This document shows positions 18,394 to 27,933 of a stretch of 64,000 bases of DNA, piece by piece (the first letter of the stretch is position 1; each line of letters opens with the position of its first letter). The notes under the pieces are model-generated. The model saw nothing but the letters and a program-made list of their open reading frames with translations, ran no database searches and was not told the origin of the DNA. The stretch comes from an uncultured virus (IMG/VR IMGVR_UViG_3300028393_000063) (Duplodnaviria; Heunggongvirae; Uroviricota; Caudoviricetes): IMG/VR virus record IMGVR_UViG_3300028393_000063; one strand, 5' to 3'. Position numbers and translations under genes: made by a program.

Positions 18394-20194
18394 TTTTGAA
18401 ACGTACTACAGTAAAACCCTTGGGTTTAAAACACAGACAACAGAGGAATACATCAGAGACGAAAGGTTTGAAGTTATTGGTGTAGCCGTAAAGGAAAATG
18501 AGAATGAAACTGTATGGTTTAGTGGCACGCATGATGAAATATCTGCTTTCTTGGGGTCTTTTGATTGGTGTAACTCCGCCTTACTTGCTCATAACTCTTT
18601 GTTTGATGCTTCCATCCTTAATTGGAAGTTTTGTTTTAAGCCCAAGGCAATTCTCGACACGCTTAGCATGGCTAGAGCTATACACGGTACTGAAGTTGGA
18701 GGTAGCTTGGCTAAGCTGGCTGATTTTTACGACCTTGGACAGAAGGGAACCGAAGTAGATGATGCCCTTGGTAAACAGCGTAAGGACTTTAGTAAAGCGG
18801 AACTGGATGCTTATGGTGGGTATTGTAAGAATGACGTTGAATTAACTTATGCGCTATTTAAAAAGCTAATACAACAGGTACACATAACAGAGCTAAAGCT
18901 TATAGACCTTACTGTAAGGATGTTTTCAGAACCAGTATTAACTTTAAATCGCCGTATGCTAGAGGCTCACTTATTAGAAGTGCAGTATCGCAAGGAGAAA
19001 TTGCTACAAGAAGCTGGGGTAGAAACTCGTGACGACCTGATGAGTAATCCTAAATTTGCGCAGATACTTAGGGACTTGGGAGTTGAGCCTCCGATGAAGA
19101 TTAGCCCTGCTACAGGCAAGGAAACATTGGCTTTGGCTAAATCAGATGAGGGGTTTAAAGCCCTAGCTGACCATCCGAACGACAAAATCCAAGCCCTAGT
19201 CGCAGCACGTCTCGGTAATAAGTCTACCCTAGAAGAAACTAGAACGCAACGATTTATTGAAATTTCTAAGAGGGGGGCGTTACCCATACCCTTGTCGTAT
19301 TATGCGGCTCATACAGGGCGTTGGGGCGGTGCAGACAAGGTTAATCTACAGAACTTACCTAGCCGTGGGGAGAACGCAAACAAGCTTAAACACGCTATAT
19401 GTGCGCCTGAAGGGTACGTTATTATTGATGCCGATTCTTCACAGATTGAGGCACGGGTACTGGCTTGGCTATCAGGACAGGATGATTTAGTTGAAGCATT
19501 TAGAAAGGGTGAAGATGTATACAAAATCATGGCATATGCTATATATTCAAAGGACATTGAAGAGATTACGAAAGAAGAAAGATTTGTTGGAAAGACAACA
19601 ATTTTGGGATGTGGGTATGGCATGGGGAGTGCGAAGTTTAAAACCCAACTCAAGACATTCTCAACGGAAATTACTGCTGAAGAAGCTGAACATATTATCA
19701 AGATATATAGAAGCACATACGCTAAAATACCAGCATTATGGACAGAGGGAAGAGACTCAATAACGGCTATGGCTAAAAACCAGTCTAGCGATTTTGGTAA
19801 TGGCTGTGTAGTTATTGAGGGAAGTAACGGGATTTTATTACCTAATGGGCTATACCAAAGATACCCTAACCTTAAGAAAATAAAAGTTGAAGGTAAAGAC
19901 CAATATGTGTATGATTCTCGCAAAGGCATTGTTAAGATATATGGCGGTAAATTAGTAGAGAACATTTGCCAAGCACTTGCTCGTTGCATTATCGGTGAGC
20001 AGATGATTAACATATCAAAAAAATACCGAGTAGTATTAACGGTGCATGATGCCGTGGCTTGTGTAGTACCTGAAGCAGAGGTAGAAGAAGCTATGCAGTA
20101 TGTAATGGAGTGTATGCGGTGGACACCTGAGTGGGCTAGTGGGTTGCCAGTTAATTGTGAAGCAGGATATGGAAAAAGCTACGGAGAGTGTTAA
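18374..20194 (+). CDS. polA: Family A DNA polymerase with 3'-5' exonuclease
   Basis: ExoI IDFETY, ExoII AHNSLFD, ExoIII YCKND, motif A DSSQIEAR, motif B RFVGKTTILGCGYG, motif C VHDA; ATG at 18374. Confidence 0.95.
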   Translation: MKILTIDFETYYSKTLGFKTQTTEEYIRDERFEVIGVAVKENENETVWFSGTHDEISAFLGSFDWCNSALLAHNSLFDASILNWKFCFKPKAILDTLSMARAIHGTEVGGSLAKLADFYDLGQKGTEVDDALGKQRKDFSKAELDAYGGYCKNDVELTYALFKKLIQQVHITELKLIDLTVRMFSEPVLTLNRRMLEAHLLEVQYRKEKLLQEAGVETRDDLMSNPKFAQILRDLGVEPPMKISPATGKETLALAKSDEGFKALADHPNDKIQALVAARLGNKSTLEETRTQRFIEISKRGALPIPLSYYAAHTGRWGGADKVNLQNLPSRGENANKLKHAICAPEGYVIIDADSSQIEARVLAWLSGQDDLVEAFRKGEDVYKIMAYAIYSKDIEEITKEERFVGKTTILGCGYGMGSAKFKTQLKTFSTEITAEEAEHIIKIYRSTYAKIPALWTEGRDSITAMAKNQSSDFGNGCVVIEGSNGILLPNGLYQRYPNLKKIKVEGKDQYVYDSRKGIVKIYGGKLVENICQALARCIIGEQMINISKKYRVVLTVHDAVACVVPEAEVEEAMQYVMECMRWTPEWASGLPVNCEAGYGKSYGEC

Positions 20195-20226
20195 AATAAG
20201 CAAGCAATAAAAATAAAAGGAAAAGT

Positions 20227-20898
20227 ATGACTACGTGGTCTTATAGTAGTATTACGCTGTTTGAGCAATGCCCTAAAAAGTATTTTCATTTGCGAGTGGA
20301 AAAGGATTTTAAAGAACCCGAATCCGAACAGATGAAGTATGGAACAATTGCGCATAAAGCCGCAGAAGATTACGTAAGGGAAGACATACCACTACCTCCG
20401 CAATTCTCCTACATGACTGAGATGCTAGACAAGCTAAAGAATGTAAAGGGCGAAAAGCTCTGTGAATATAAGTTAGGGGTACGATATAAAGATGGGAGGT
20501 TTACACCTTGTGAGTTCTTCTCTAAAGATGTTTGGTGGAGAGGTATAGCGGATTTAATTATACTAGACAGAGAGAAACAAGAAGCTAGGGTAATAGACTA
20601 TAAGACAGGCAAATCAGCCAAGTATGCGGATACTAAACAGTTAAAGTTAATTTCTGCCGCTATATTCCTGCATTTCCCTGAGATACGGACTATAAAGGCT
20701 GGGTTGTTATTTGTTGTTTCTAAAGAGTTTATTAAGGACGAGTTTAGTTCAGATTTTAAATTAGCCTATTTCGAACACTTTATGCCAGTTGTAAAACAGC
20801 TAGAATCGTGTCATACTAATGGGGTCTGGAACGCCAAGCGTAATTTTACTTGTAGTAAATGGTGTTCAATAACCACTTGCCCTCATAATGGAAGCTAA
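20227..20898 (+). CDS. Cas4/RecB-like PD-(D/E)XK exonuclease
   Basis: SYSS...CPKK, GTIAH, GIADL...IDYKTG, C-terminal CSKWC...C. Confidence 0.85.
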   Translation: MTTWSYSSITLFEQCPKKYFHLRVEKDFKEPESEQMKYGTIAHKAAEDYVREDIPLPPQFSYMTEMLDKLKNVKGEKLCEYKLGVRYKDGRFTPCEFFSKDVWWRGIADLIILDREKQEARVIDYKTGKSAKYADTKQLKLISAAIFLHFPEIRTIKAGLLFVVSKEFIKDEFSSDFKLAYFEHFMPVVKQLESCHTNGVWNAKRNFTCSKWCSITTCPHNGS

Positions 20899-20900
20899 TA

Positions 20901-21185
20901 ATGCCGTATGTAAATAAACCAAGACCTTATAAGCACGAATACGAAACTTATCAAGGTAAGCCTGAGCAGATTAAAAAACGAGGTGAACGCAATAAAGCCC
21001 GTGCTTTAATGGAGAAAGCTGGTAAGGTGCATAAGGGTGATGGCAATGATGTAGACCATGTTAAGCCTTTAAGCAAGGGTGGTACAGGGGCTAAGGGTAA
21101 TTTAAAAGTTAAGAGTAAGAGTAACAATCGTAGTTTTAGTCGGAACAGCGACCATACGGTTAAGAAAAACGTCTCTAAAAAGTAA
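20901..21185 (+). CDS. Small HNH endonuclease
   Basis: DVDHVKPLSKGG...NL......NR. Confidence 0.75.
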   Translation: MPYVNKPRPYKHEYETYQGKPEQIKKRGERNKARALMEKAGKVHKGDGNDVDHVKPLSKGGTGAKGNLKVKSKSNNRSFSRNSDHTVKKNVSKK

Positions 21186-21401
21186 TAGGTGAAGCAACTA
21201 CAGGATAAGATACGAGTGCCTAGCTAGTTCAGGATTAAAAACCCTTCATGTTGTAAACCGTATCAGTTAGCCATATTTCATCTTTCCTTCACGGAATACC
21301 TTTCTGGATAGGGGCTAACAGACAGTCGGGAAAGACCGGCAATAATACTAATGCTTGAAACGGACACCGTATTCAGGCTGTTTATCTATTGGGAGAAGTA
21401 A

Positions 21402-22952
21402 ATGGAAATTGTTAATGACAGGGCATTATTGCTGTTTGTACGCAACACAGAACGTATTACAAGCGTAATACCAAAAAGCAAGGTAATTAAATCACATGAA
21501 AACTATCACGAAATTCTAGTTAATTGGGGGCTTGAAGAAGCGCAGATTCTAAAAAATCTAAAAATAAAAGATGTGCCTTCCCCTATTCAAAGGAAGTATA
21601 AATGGACAGGTATGTACAAGCCGTTTGCTCACCAAAAAGATACCGCCTCTTTTTTAACCTTACACCGTAGAGCATTTTGTTTTAACGAACAGGGTACAGG
21701 TAAAACCGCTAGTGTAATATGGGCGGCAGACTATCTAATGAACTTAGGCTTGGTAAAACGTGTATTGGTAATCTGCCCACTATCTATTATGGATTCTGCA
21801 TGGCGTGCGGACTTGTTCACATTTGCTATTCACAGGACGGTAGACATTGCTTATGGTAACAAGGAAAAACGTGCCAAAATAATTAATGGGGGAGCCGAGT
21901 TTGTTATCATAAATTATGATGGTGTGGAAATTATTACAGATGTCATAGATAAAGCAGGATTTGATTTAATTGTTATTGATGAAGCAAACGCCTATAAGAA
22001 TCCTACAACTAAGCGTTGGAAAGTTTTAAACTCATTAATCAAACCGCATACTTGGTTATGGATGCTAACAGGCACACCAGCCGCTCAAAGTCCAGTAGAT
22101 GCGTATGGTATAGCTAAGCTAGTTAACCCTCAACAAACGCCTAAGTTCTTCTCTCACTTTAGAGATATGGTTATGCAGAAGATAACTACTTTTAAATGGA
22201 TACCAAAAAAAGATGCCGAAACAGTAGTGCATAACGTACTACAACCAGCTATACGATTTACTAAAGAACAATGTCTAGACCTTCCTGAAATTACGTATCA
22301 GACAAGACATGTACCGCTCACGCCGCAACAAGAAAAGTTTTATGAAAAGTTGCGTAAAGAGATGTTAATCAGGACGGCTGGAGAAGAAGTTACTACAATA
22401 AATGCGGCTGTAAACTTGAACAAATTACTACAACTTTCTAGTGGTGCAGTATATTCTGATACAGGAGAAGTGATTGAGTTCGATGCTAGTAATAGGCTAC
22501 GAGTTCTTAAAGAAGCTATAGATGAGTCAAGTCATAAGGTGTTAGTATTTGTACCGTTTAGGCACGCTATAGAGATTATTAATGACGAGCTTGTTAAGGA
22601 CGGCTATACGGTAGACCTCATACATGGTGGGGTTCCAGTAAACAGGCGCACGGAAATATTTAAGAGGTTTCAAGAAACGGCTAACCCTAGAGTGCTTATC
22701 ATACAACCCCAAGCAGCCTCACACGGTGTCACCTTGCATGCCGCAAATACTATTATATGGTGGGGTCCAATTACGTCTTATGAAACATACGCACAGGCTA
22801 ATGCTAGGGTGCATAGAAGTGGGCAGAAGAACCCATGCACAGTCATAAGATTAACAGGTTCTAAAGTAGAAAAAAAGCTGTATGAAGCACTAGCAAGTAA
22901 GCAGGACGTACAACATAACATAATGGCATTGTATGATGATTTAATTAGTTGA
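21402..22952 (+). CDS. SNF2-family (SF2) helicase
   Basis: EQGTGKT, IDEA, LTGTP, HGVTL, QANARVHRSGQ. Confidence 0.9.
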   Translation: MEIVNDRALLLFVRNTERITSVIPKSKVIKSHENYHEILVNWGLEEAQILKNLKIKDVPSPIQRKYKWTGMYKPFAHQKDTASFLTLHRRAFCFNEQGTGKTASVIWAADYLMNLGLVKRVLVICPLSIMDSAWRADLFTFAIHRTVDIAYGNKEKRAKIINGGAEFVIINYDGVEIITDVIDKAGFDLIVIDEANAYKNPTTKRWKVLNSLIKPHTWLWMLTGTPAAQSPVDAYGIAKLVNPQQTPKFFSHFRDMVMQKITTFKWIPKKDAETVVHNVLQPAIRFTKEQCLDLPEITYQTRHVPLTPQQEKFYEKLRKEMLIRTAGEEVTTINAAVNLNKLLQLSSGAVYSDTGEVIEFDASNRLRVLKEAIDESSHKVLVFVPFRHAIEIINDELVKDGYTVDLIHGGVPVNRRTEIFKRFQETANPRVLIIQPQAASHGVTLHAANTIIWWGPITSYETYAQANARVHRSGQKNPCTVIRLTGSKVEKKLYEALASKQDVQHNIMALYDDLIS

Positions 22953-22976
22953 CATTGTTAAGAAGTATGGTATATT
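22949..22976 (+). promoter_or_regulatory. Sigma70-type promoter
   Basis: TTGACA-N16-TATATT with TG just upstream of -10. Confidence 0.55.
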
Positions 22977-23008
22977 AATAAAAAGCAGGTAAAAAAAGGA
23001 AAAGTAAA

Positions 23009-23404
23009 ATGAATGAACAACCACAAGTTGACCGACTAGTTAAAGCGTATGTGGCTATGCGTGATAAACGGTCTGAGTTAGCAAGGGAGTATGAAAAAGC
23101 AGATGGAAAAATAGCCACACAGATGGACATGGTGGAATCTGAACTAATGAGGATGTGTAAAGATATTGGTGCTGATAGCATTAAGACTCAATACGGTACT
23201 GTATTTAGAACAGTTAAAACAAGATACGAAACTGCTGACTGGGAGAATATGTATAAGTTTGTAGTAGAAAACAATATCCCACAAGTTTTAGAACGCCGTA
23301 TAAGTTCATTAAATATGAAACAGTTTTTAGAAGAAAACCCAACGCTAATGCCTATTGGCATGAATGTTAATAATAAATATACCGTAACCGTAAGGAGAAA
23401 ATAA
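23009..23404 (+). CDS. Coiled-coil replication-module protein
   Basis: 131 aa, N-terminal coiled coil, located before the SSB-like gene. Confidence 0.65.
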   Translation: MNEQPQVDRLVKAYVAMRDKRSELAREYEKADGKIATQMDMVESELMRMCKDIGADSIKTQYGTVFRTVKTRYETADWENMYKFVVENNIPQVLERRISSLNMKQFLEENPTLMPIGMNVNNKYTVTVRRK

Positions 23405-23602
23405 GTGAATGATACGTCAATCCCTTTAACCGTAGTAGAAGTAGCGAAGATGCTCCGTGTATCTCGTCAAACAATTTATGTGCTATGCAAAGAAGGCAAA
23501 ATACCGCACTTCAAAATTGGCGCTAAATTGCGTTTTAAGCAGGAAGATATATCAGCTTTAACAAACACCGAAGTTAAACCACAAGGAGAAGTAACATTAT
23601 GA
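23405..23602 (+). CDS. Excisionase-like HTH_17 DNA-binding protein
   Basis: LTVVEVAKMLRVSRQTIY...GKIPHFKIGAKLRF. Confidence 0.8.
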   Translation: MNDTSIPLTVVEVAKMLRVSRQTIYVLCKEGKIPHFKIGAKLRFKQEDISALTNTEVKPQGEVTL

Positions 23603-24459
23603 GTAACGAATTATCCCTTTTAAACACAGCCCTACCTGCTCACTTACGTGGTGGGTTAGATGAGACAACCAAAGCCCTTATGGGTAGCGCCGCTAATACC
23701 ACAAGCGTAAAACGTATATCTATTAAAGGTAGCGTATTCCGTATGATGGTAGCTGGAAAAGAAGTAGCGCAGAATGAAGAGCGTGCTATGCCTGTAATAA
23801 TTGTAGCCGCCGCTCCTCACAATGCTCGTACATATTACGATGCAAGCTTTTCGGAAGACCAAGTTGTTAAAGCACCTACATGCTTTTCCGATGATGGTAT
23901 TGTTCCTAATGCTAAGTCATTAAATGTGCAGTCTAAGACTTGCGCTAATTGCCCTCAAAACATTGATGGCTCTAATCAAAACGGTAAGGGGCGTGCTTGT
24001 AGGTATAGTCGCCGTTTAGCAGTTGTATTAGAGAATGACCAACAGGGCGATATATTCCAACTAACTCTACCAGCGCAGTCTATTTTTGGTAAGGGCGAGA
24101 ATGGTAAGATGCCTTTAGAAGCCTATGTACGTTTGTTAGGTGCTAACAATGTATCAGTTACTAGCGTGGTTACTGAAATGCGCTTTGATACTGCTAGTGC
24201 AACACCTAAGCTAACATTCAAAGCTTTACGTTACTTGGAAGCAGATGAGTTTGCTAATTCGCAAGCCAAAGGAAAATCTCCTGAAGCTAAGATAGCTATT
24301 GGGTCTAATCCAGCAGAACTAGATGGGGCAAAACTTGCCGCACCTGCTCCTAAGCCAGTACCTAAAGCAGAACCTGAAGCTGAACCAGTAAAAAGAGCCT
24401 CTAAAAAAGTAGAAGAAGAGCCTAAAGATATTAATGCGGTATTAGACGACTGGGCTTAA
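23599..24459 (+). CDS. Putative ssDNA-binding/annealing protein
   Basis: Cys cluster (PTC, CANC, AC), flexible tail ending in acidic-aromatic LDDWA; replication context. Confidence 0.55.
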   Translation: MSNELSLLNTALPAHLRGGLDETTKALMGSAANTTSVKRISIKGSVFRMMVAGKEVAQNEERAMPVIIVAAAPHNARTYYDASFSEDQVVKAPTCFSDDGIVPNAKSLNVQSKTCANCPQNIDGSNQNGKGRACRYSRRLAVVLENDQQGDIFQLTLPAQSIFGKGENGKMPLEAYVRLLGANNVSVTSVVTEMRFDTASATPKLTFKALRYLEADEFANSQAKGKSPEAKIAIGSNPAELDGAKLAAPAPKPVPKAEPEAEPVKRASKKVEEEPKDINAVLDDWA

Positions 24460-24492
24460 GAAAGGCGGGGGGCTTGCCCCCCATACAAAACT

Positions 24493-24726
24493 ATGATTGG
24501 ATACTCACAAAAATTAGCCGAAATAAACAAAAAGGCAAATAGAAGGATGCTAGGCGTTCAATTAGGAAGCTGGTGCATAAAGCAAGGTATGCCAGTAATG
24601 GATATAGCTAATAATTTTAAAGTCTCTAGAACCACTGTATATAATTGGTTTACAGGAATAAATGATATTAGTATCAAGCATAGAGATGAAGCCGTAAAAA
24701 TTATTGAGTGGTTAAAGAAGGCTTAA
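24493..24726 (+). CDS. Cro/XRE-like HTH protein
   Basis: VMDIANNFKVSRTTVYNWFTG. Confidence 0.7.
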   Translation: MIGYSQKLAEINKKANRRMLGVQLGSWCIKQGMPVMDIANNFKVSRTTVYNWFTGINDISIKHRDEAVKIIEWLKKA

Positions 24727-24787
24727 AAGCCAGCTTATAAGCTAGGTGCCACTAGCTTGTAGGGATTATTGTCGGCGTTTATAGAGG

Positions 24788-27652
24788 ATGTATATGACCT
24801 CATGGGGGACTTTTCTCTCTACAGTATTGCCCGAAGAAGGTATAGGGTGGTATTGCATAGGGAGTTATAAAAAGAAAACCGAGCCGCTAACAGAGTTTGC
24901 AGATACAATTGAAGGTGCTGAAAAGATAATCCAAAAAATACTAGACATGGAACGAGATGTCTATTTTGGGGTCTCAAAGTTTATCACTAACGAAAATAGG
25001 CAAGCGATAAATGCGGGTTGGAATAAAGCGTTTTTTCTAGATATAGACTGCGGAGAAAAATATGTAGAGGCAAATAAAGGGTACTTAACACAGGCTGAGG
25101 CTAGTGAAGATTTAAGAAGGTTTTGTAGCGAACTTAATTTGCCTAGACCCAATATAGTTAGTTCAGGAAATGGTATACATGTTTCTTGGGTGTTAGAAGA
25201 ATCCATTATGAAAGACCAATGGAAAGCTACGGCTAATCTATTAAAGCAACAGGTAATACGTTTAGGGCTTAAGGTAGACCCATCTAAAGTTACTGATTTG
25301 GGTATGGTTCTTAGAGTTCCCGATACCTTTAATTTTAAATCTGACCCTCCTAAAAAAGTTGTGTGGCTAAAAGAAGCGATGCCTGTAAGATATAAATTGC
25401 TTAATGAATTACTAACTGTAGGTCTTGATAACTTAGGATTAGATTTAACAAATGCTCCTAACCGTCCTATGGACGAAACTACTCGTAACTTATTAGGCAA
25501 CTACGTTTCTAATTTTGCAGAAATAATGAAGTCTAGAAAGTGTGAGCAACTTCACTTTATTTATAAAAACCAAGCAACTATAGAAGAACCATTATGGCGT
25601 GCTGGCTTATCAGTAGCGCAATGTTGTGAAGATAGAAGCACGGCTATCCATAAGATGTCTGAGAAGCATACTGGATATACACCACAAGATACCGAAAAGA
25701 AAGCCAACGATACAAAAGGCCCCTATACATGCAAAACTATAGACAGTATAAACCCCGGAATTTGTGGTAAGTGTAAGCTGTTTAACACGATTACATCGCC
25801 TATTCAAATACACAAGAGAGTAGCCGAAGCACCAAAGGAAGGGGCTACTGTAGTACTGCCTAATGCAGAAACAGGTAAAGAGGTAACTTATAAAATACCT
25901 GAGCTTCCTTACGGATACTTTAGAGGTAAGAATGGGGGCGTGTATAAACGAGGCTATACCAACGAAGAAGGCGAAGAAGTAGAAAAAGACAAACTTATTT
26001 TTAGGCATGACTTCTATGTTGTAAAGCGTATGGAAGACTCAGATATGGGCAGCATGGTGTGGTTACGATTGCACTTACCTAAAGATGGGGTGCGTGAGTT
26101 TGCTTGTCCAGCCACTAGCCTTATGTCACTAGAGAAATTTAAAGAAGTAGTAAGTAAAAAAGGAGTTATAGGCAGTTTGAAAGAAATGGGAGCAATAATG
26201 GATTACATAACGGCATACACAAAAGAACTACAAGACAGAGATAAAGCTGAACTAATGCGCATCCAATTTGGATGGTGCGATGACGATACTAAATTTATTG
26301 TAGGGGATAGGGAAATATCTGCTGAAGGGATTTATTACTCTCCACCGTCTAGTAAGACTATGATGTTTGCGCCTTGGATGAAACCTAAAGGTACACTACC
26401 TGAGTGGAAACGAGTGGTAAATAACTACGGTAAAACAGGGCAGGAGGCAAGAGCCTTTTTATTCTTTGCTGGATTAGGCACGCCCTTTATGAAGTTTACA
26501 GGACAAAAAGGTTTGGTTTATTCAATTACAGAAAACGAATCGGGTACTGGAAAAACAACTATACAAAGAGTTATAAATAGCATATACGGGCATCCTGATG
26601 ATTTGATGCTTATTAAGGGAGATACTGTTAAGTCTCAGTTTCATCAAATGGGCGTGTATAACAATATCCCTATATGCGTAGATGAAGTTACCGACATGAC
26701 TAAAGAAGCCGCTAGTGCTATTGCCTATGGTATTTCTCAAGGTAGGTCTAATAATCGTATGAAAGCAAGCTCAAATGAGATGCGTGATAACAACACAAGA
26801 TGGGCTTTATCATCGTTCTTCTCAGGTAACTCTAGTATGCACGATAAAATATCGGCGCTAAAGGCTACTCCTGAAGCTGAGCAGTTACGTATTGTAGAGG
26901 TAGAAATATCTGCGGATACTAGTATGACTAAGGAAGATGCAGATGCGTTGTTTGAAGAAACCTTGGTAAATAACTATGGTATGGCTGTAGATATTATTAT
27001 GGAATATTCAGTAACTAATTTGGATAGAATTAAACAACTACTCAAGGACACAAAAGTAAAGTTTGATACCGAGGCTAATCTATCTTCTAAGCAACGGTTC
27101 TATTCTTCAGGAGCAGCTACGGCGTTTGTTGGCGCTATTATCGGTAAGGAACTTGGACTACACGATATTGACGTTATACCTGTATGGGCATGGGCAGTTA
27201 AATACTTTAGTGATTTGAAAGATAGCGTTAAGTCCGCTAAGCGTGACCCATTGCTTACATTAGGTATGTTCTTAAATAGCCACAACCGCAACTTGTTAGT
27301 AGTTGATGACGCTTCAGATAAACGCACAGGGCTTACAAGAGCGCCTATCCTAGAACCATACGGAGATTTACGCACTAGGTTTGAGCCTGATACAAATACT
27401 CTGTATATAGATGCTGACTATTTCCAAGCATGGTGTACGGAGAAACAGATTGCCTATAAGAGTACGTTGGCTGAGCTACGCAAAATAGGGGCTGGTGGCA
27501 CCCTAGGTAAAAAAGCTATGGCAAAAGGTACGGCATTAAACAGTCCTTCAATTAATGCAATTAGGATAGACAACAAGGTTTTGAAACTAGTAGACGACAA
27601 CGCTATAGCGGCGTTAACGGTAGTGAAAGAAGAGCCAAAAGGTGATTCTTAA
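24788..27652 (+). CDS. Primase-helicase (AEP-like N-terminus, DUF927-like region, P-loop helicase)
   Basis: LDID, SGNGIH, LRVP AEP-type motifs; Cys cluster; ESGTGKT and CVDE Walker motifs. Confidence 0.85.
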   Translation: MYMTSWGTFLSTVLPEEGIGWYCIGSYKKKTEPLTEFADTIEGAEKIIQKILDMERDVYFGVSKFITNENRQAINAGWNKAFFLDIDCGEKYVEANKGYLTQAEASEDLRRFCSELNLPRPNIVSSGNGIHVSWVLEESIMKDQWKATANLLKQQVIRLGLKVDPSKVTDLGMVLRVPDTFNFKSDPPKKVVWLKEAMPVRYKLLNELLTVGLDNLGLDLTNAPNRPMDETTRNLLGNYVSNFAEIMKSRKCEQLHFIYKNQATIEEPLWRAGLSVAQCCEDRSTAIHKMSEKHTGYTPQDTEKKANDTKGPYTCKTIDSINPGICGKCKLFNTITSPIQIHKRVAEAPKEGATVVLPNAETGKEVTYKIPELPYGYFRGKNGGVYKRGYTNEEGEEVEKDKLIFRHDFYVVKRMEDSDMGSMVWLRLHLPKDGVREFACPATSLMSLEKFKEVVSKKGVIGSLKEMGAIMDYITAYTKELQDRDKAELMRIQFGWCDDDTKFIVGDREISAEGIYYSPPSSKTMMFAPWMKPKGTLPEWKRVVNNYGKTGQEARAFLFFAGLGTPFMKFTGQKGLVYSITENESGTGKTTIQRVINSIYGHPDDLMLIKGDTVKSQFHQMGVYNNIPICVDEVTDMTKEAASAIAYGISQGRSNNRMKASSNEMRDNNTRWALSSFFSGNSSMHDKISALKATPEAEQLRIVEVEISADTSMTKEDADALFEETLVNNYGMAVDIIMEYSVTNLDRIKQLLKDTKVKFDTEANLSSKQRFYSSGAATAFVGAIIGKELGLHDIDVIPVWAWAVKYFSDLKDSVKSAKRDPLLTLGMFLNSHNRNLLVVDDASDKRTGLTRAPILEPYGDLRTRFEPDTNTLYIDADYFQAWCTEKQIAYKSTLAELRKIGAGGTLGKKAMAKGTALNSPSINAIRIDNKVLKLVDDNAIAALTVVKEEPKGDS

Positions 27653-27842
27653 CGAAGGAATCCCAGTCATCATTGAATGGCACAAAATGGTGCTGGGGTC
27701 TTCCTTTTTTATACCTGCTTTAGACACGATGCCTTTAATTAAAGAAACTTTAATAGAATCTAGGAAACACCATATAAGATTAAGGTATAAAGAAACGCTA
27801 GAAAATAATTTAATTGGTATAAGGTTCTGGCGTATTAAATAA
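27642..27842 (+). CDS. Small hypothetical protein ending the replication arm
   Basis: 66 aa, GSSFFIP...GIRFWRI, overlaps the primase stop. Confidence 0.6.
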   Translation: MILNEGIPVIIEWHKMVLGSSFFIPALDTMPLIKETLIESRKHHIRLRYKETLENNLIGIRFWRIK

Positions 27843-27907
27843 AAATAGGGTATATTCACAGGTGTAAACTTCTAGTTTACTTTTCCTTATCCTAATTTAT
27901 TAGGTTT

Positions 27908-27933
27908 GCCCCGACAAGTTCGGGGCTTTTTTT
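27908..27933 (+). terminator. Rho-independent terminator at convergence of the two arms
   Basis: GCCCCGA-CAAGT-TCGGGGC followed by T7. Confidence 0.8.

Noticed and set aside
19309..20013. 234-aa antisense ORF in polA, and similar antisense ORFs in terL, primase and the giant gene
   Set aside because: Shadow frames of strongly coding genes, with no RBS or recognisable motifs
23405..23602. Evidence of an integration module
   Set aside because: Only an excisionase-like HTH is present; no tyrosine or serine recombinase or att site was recognised
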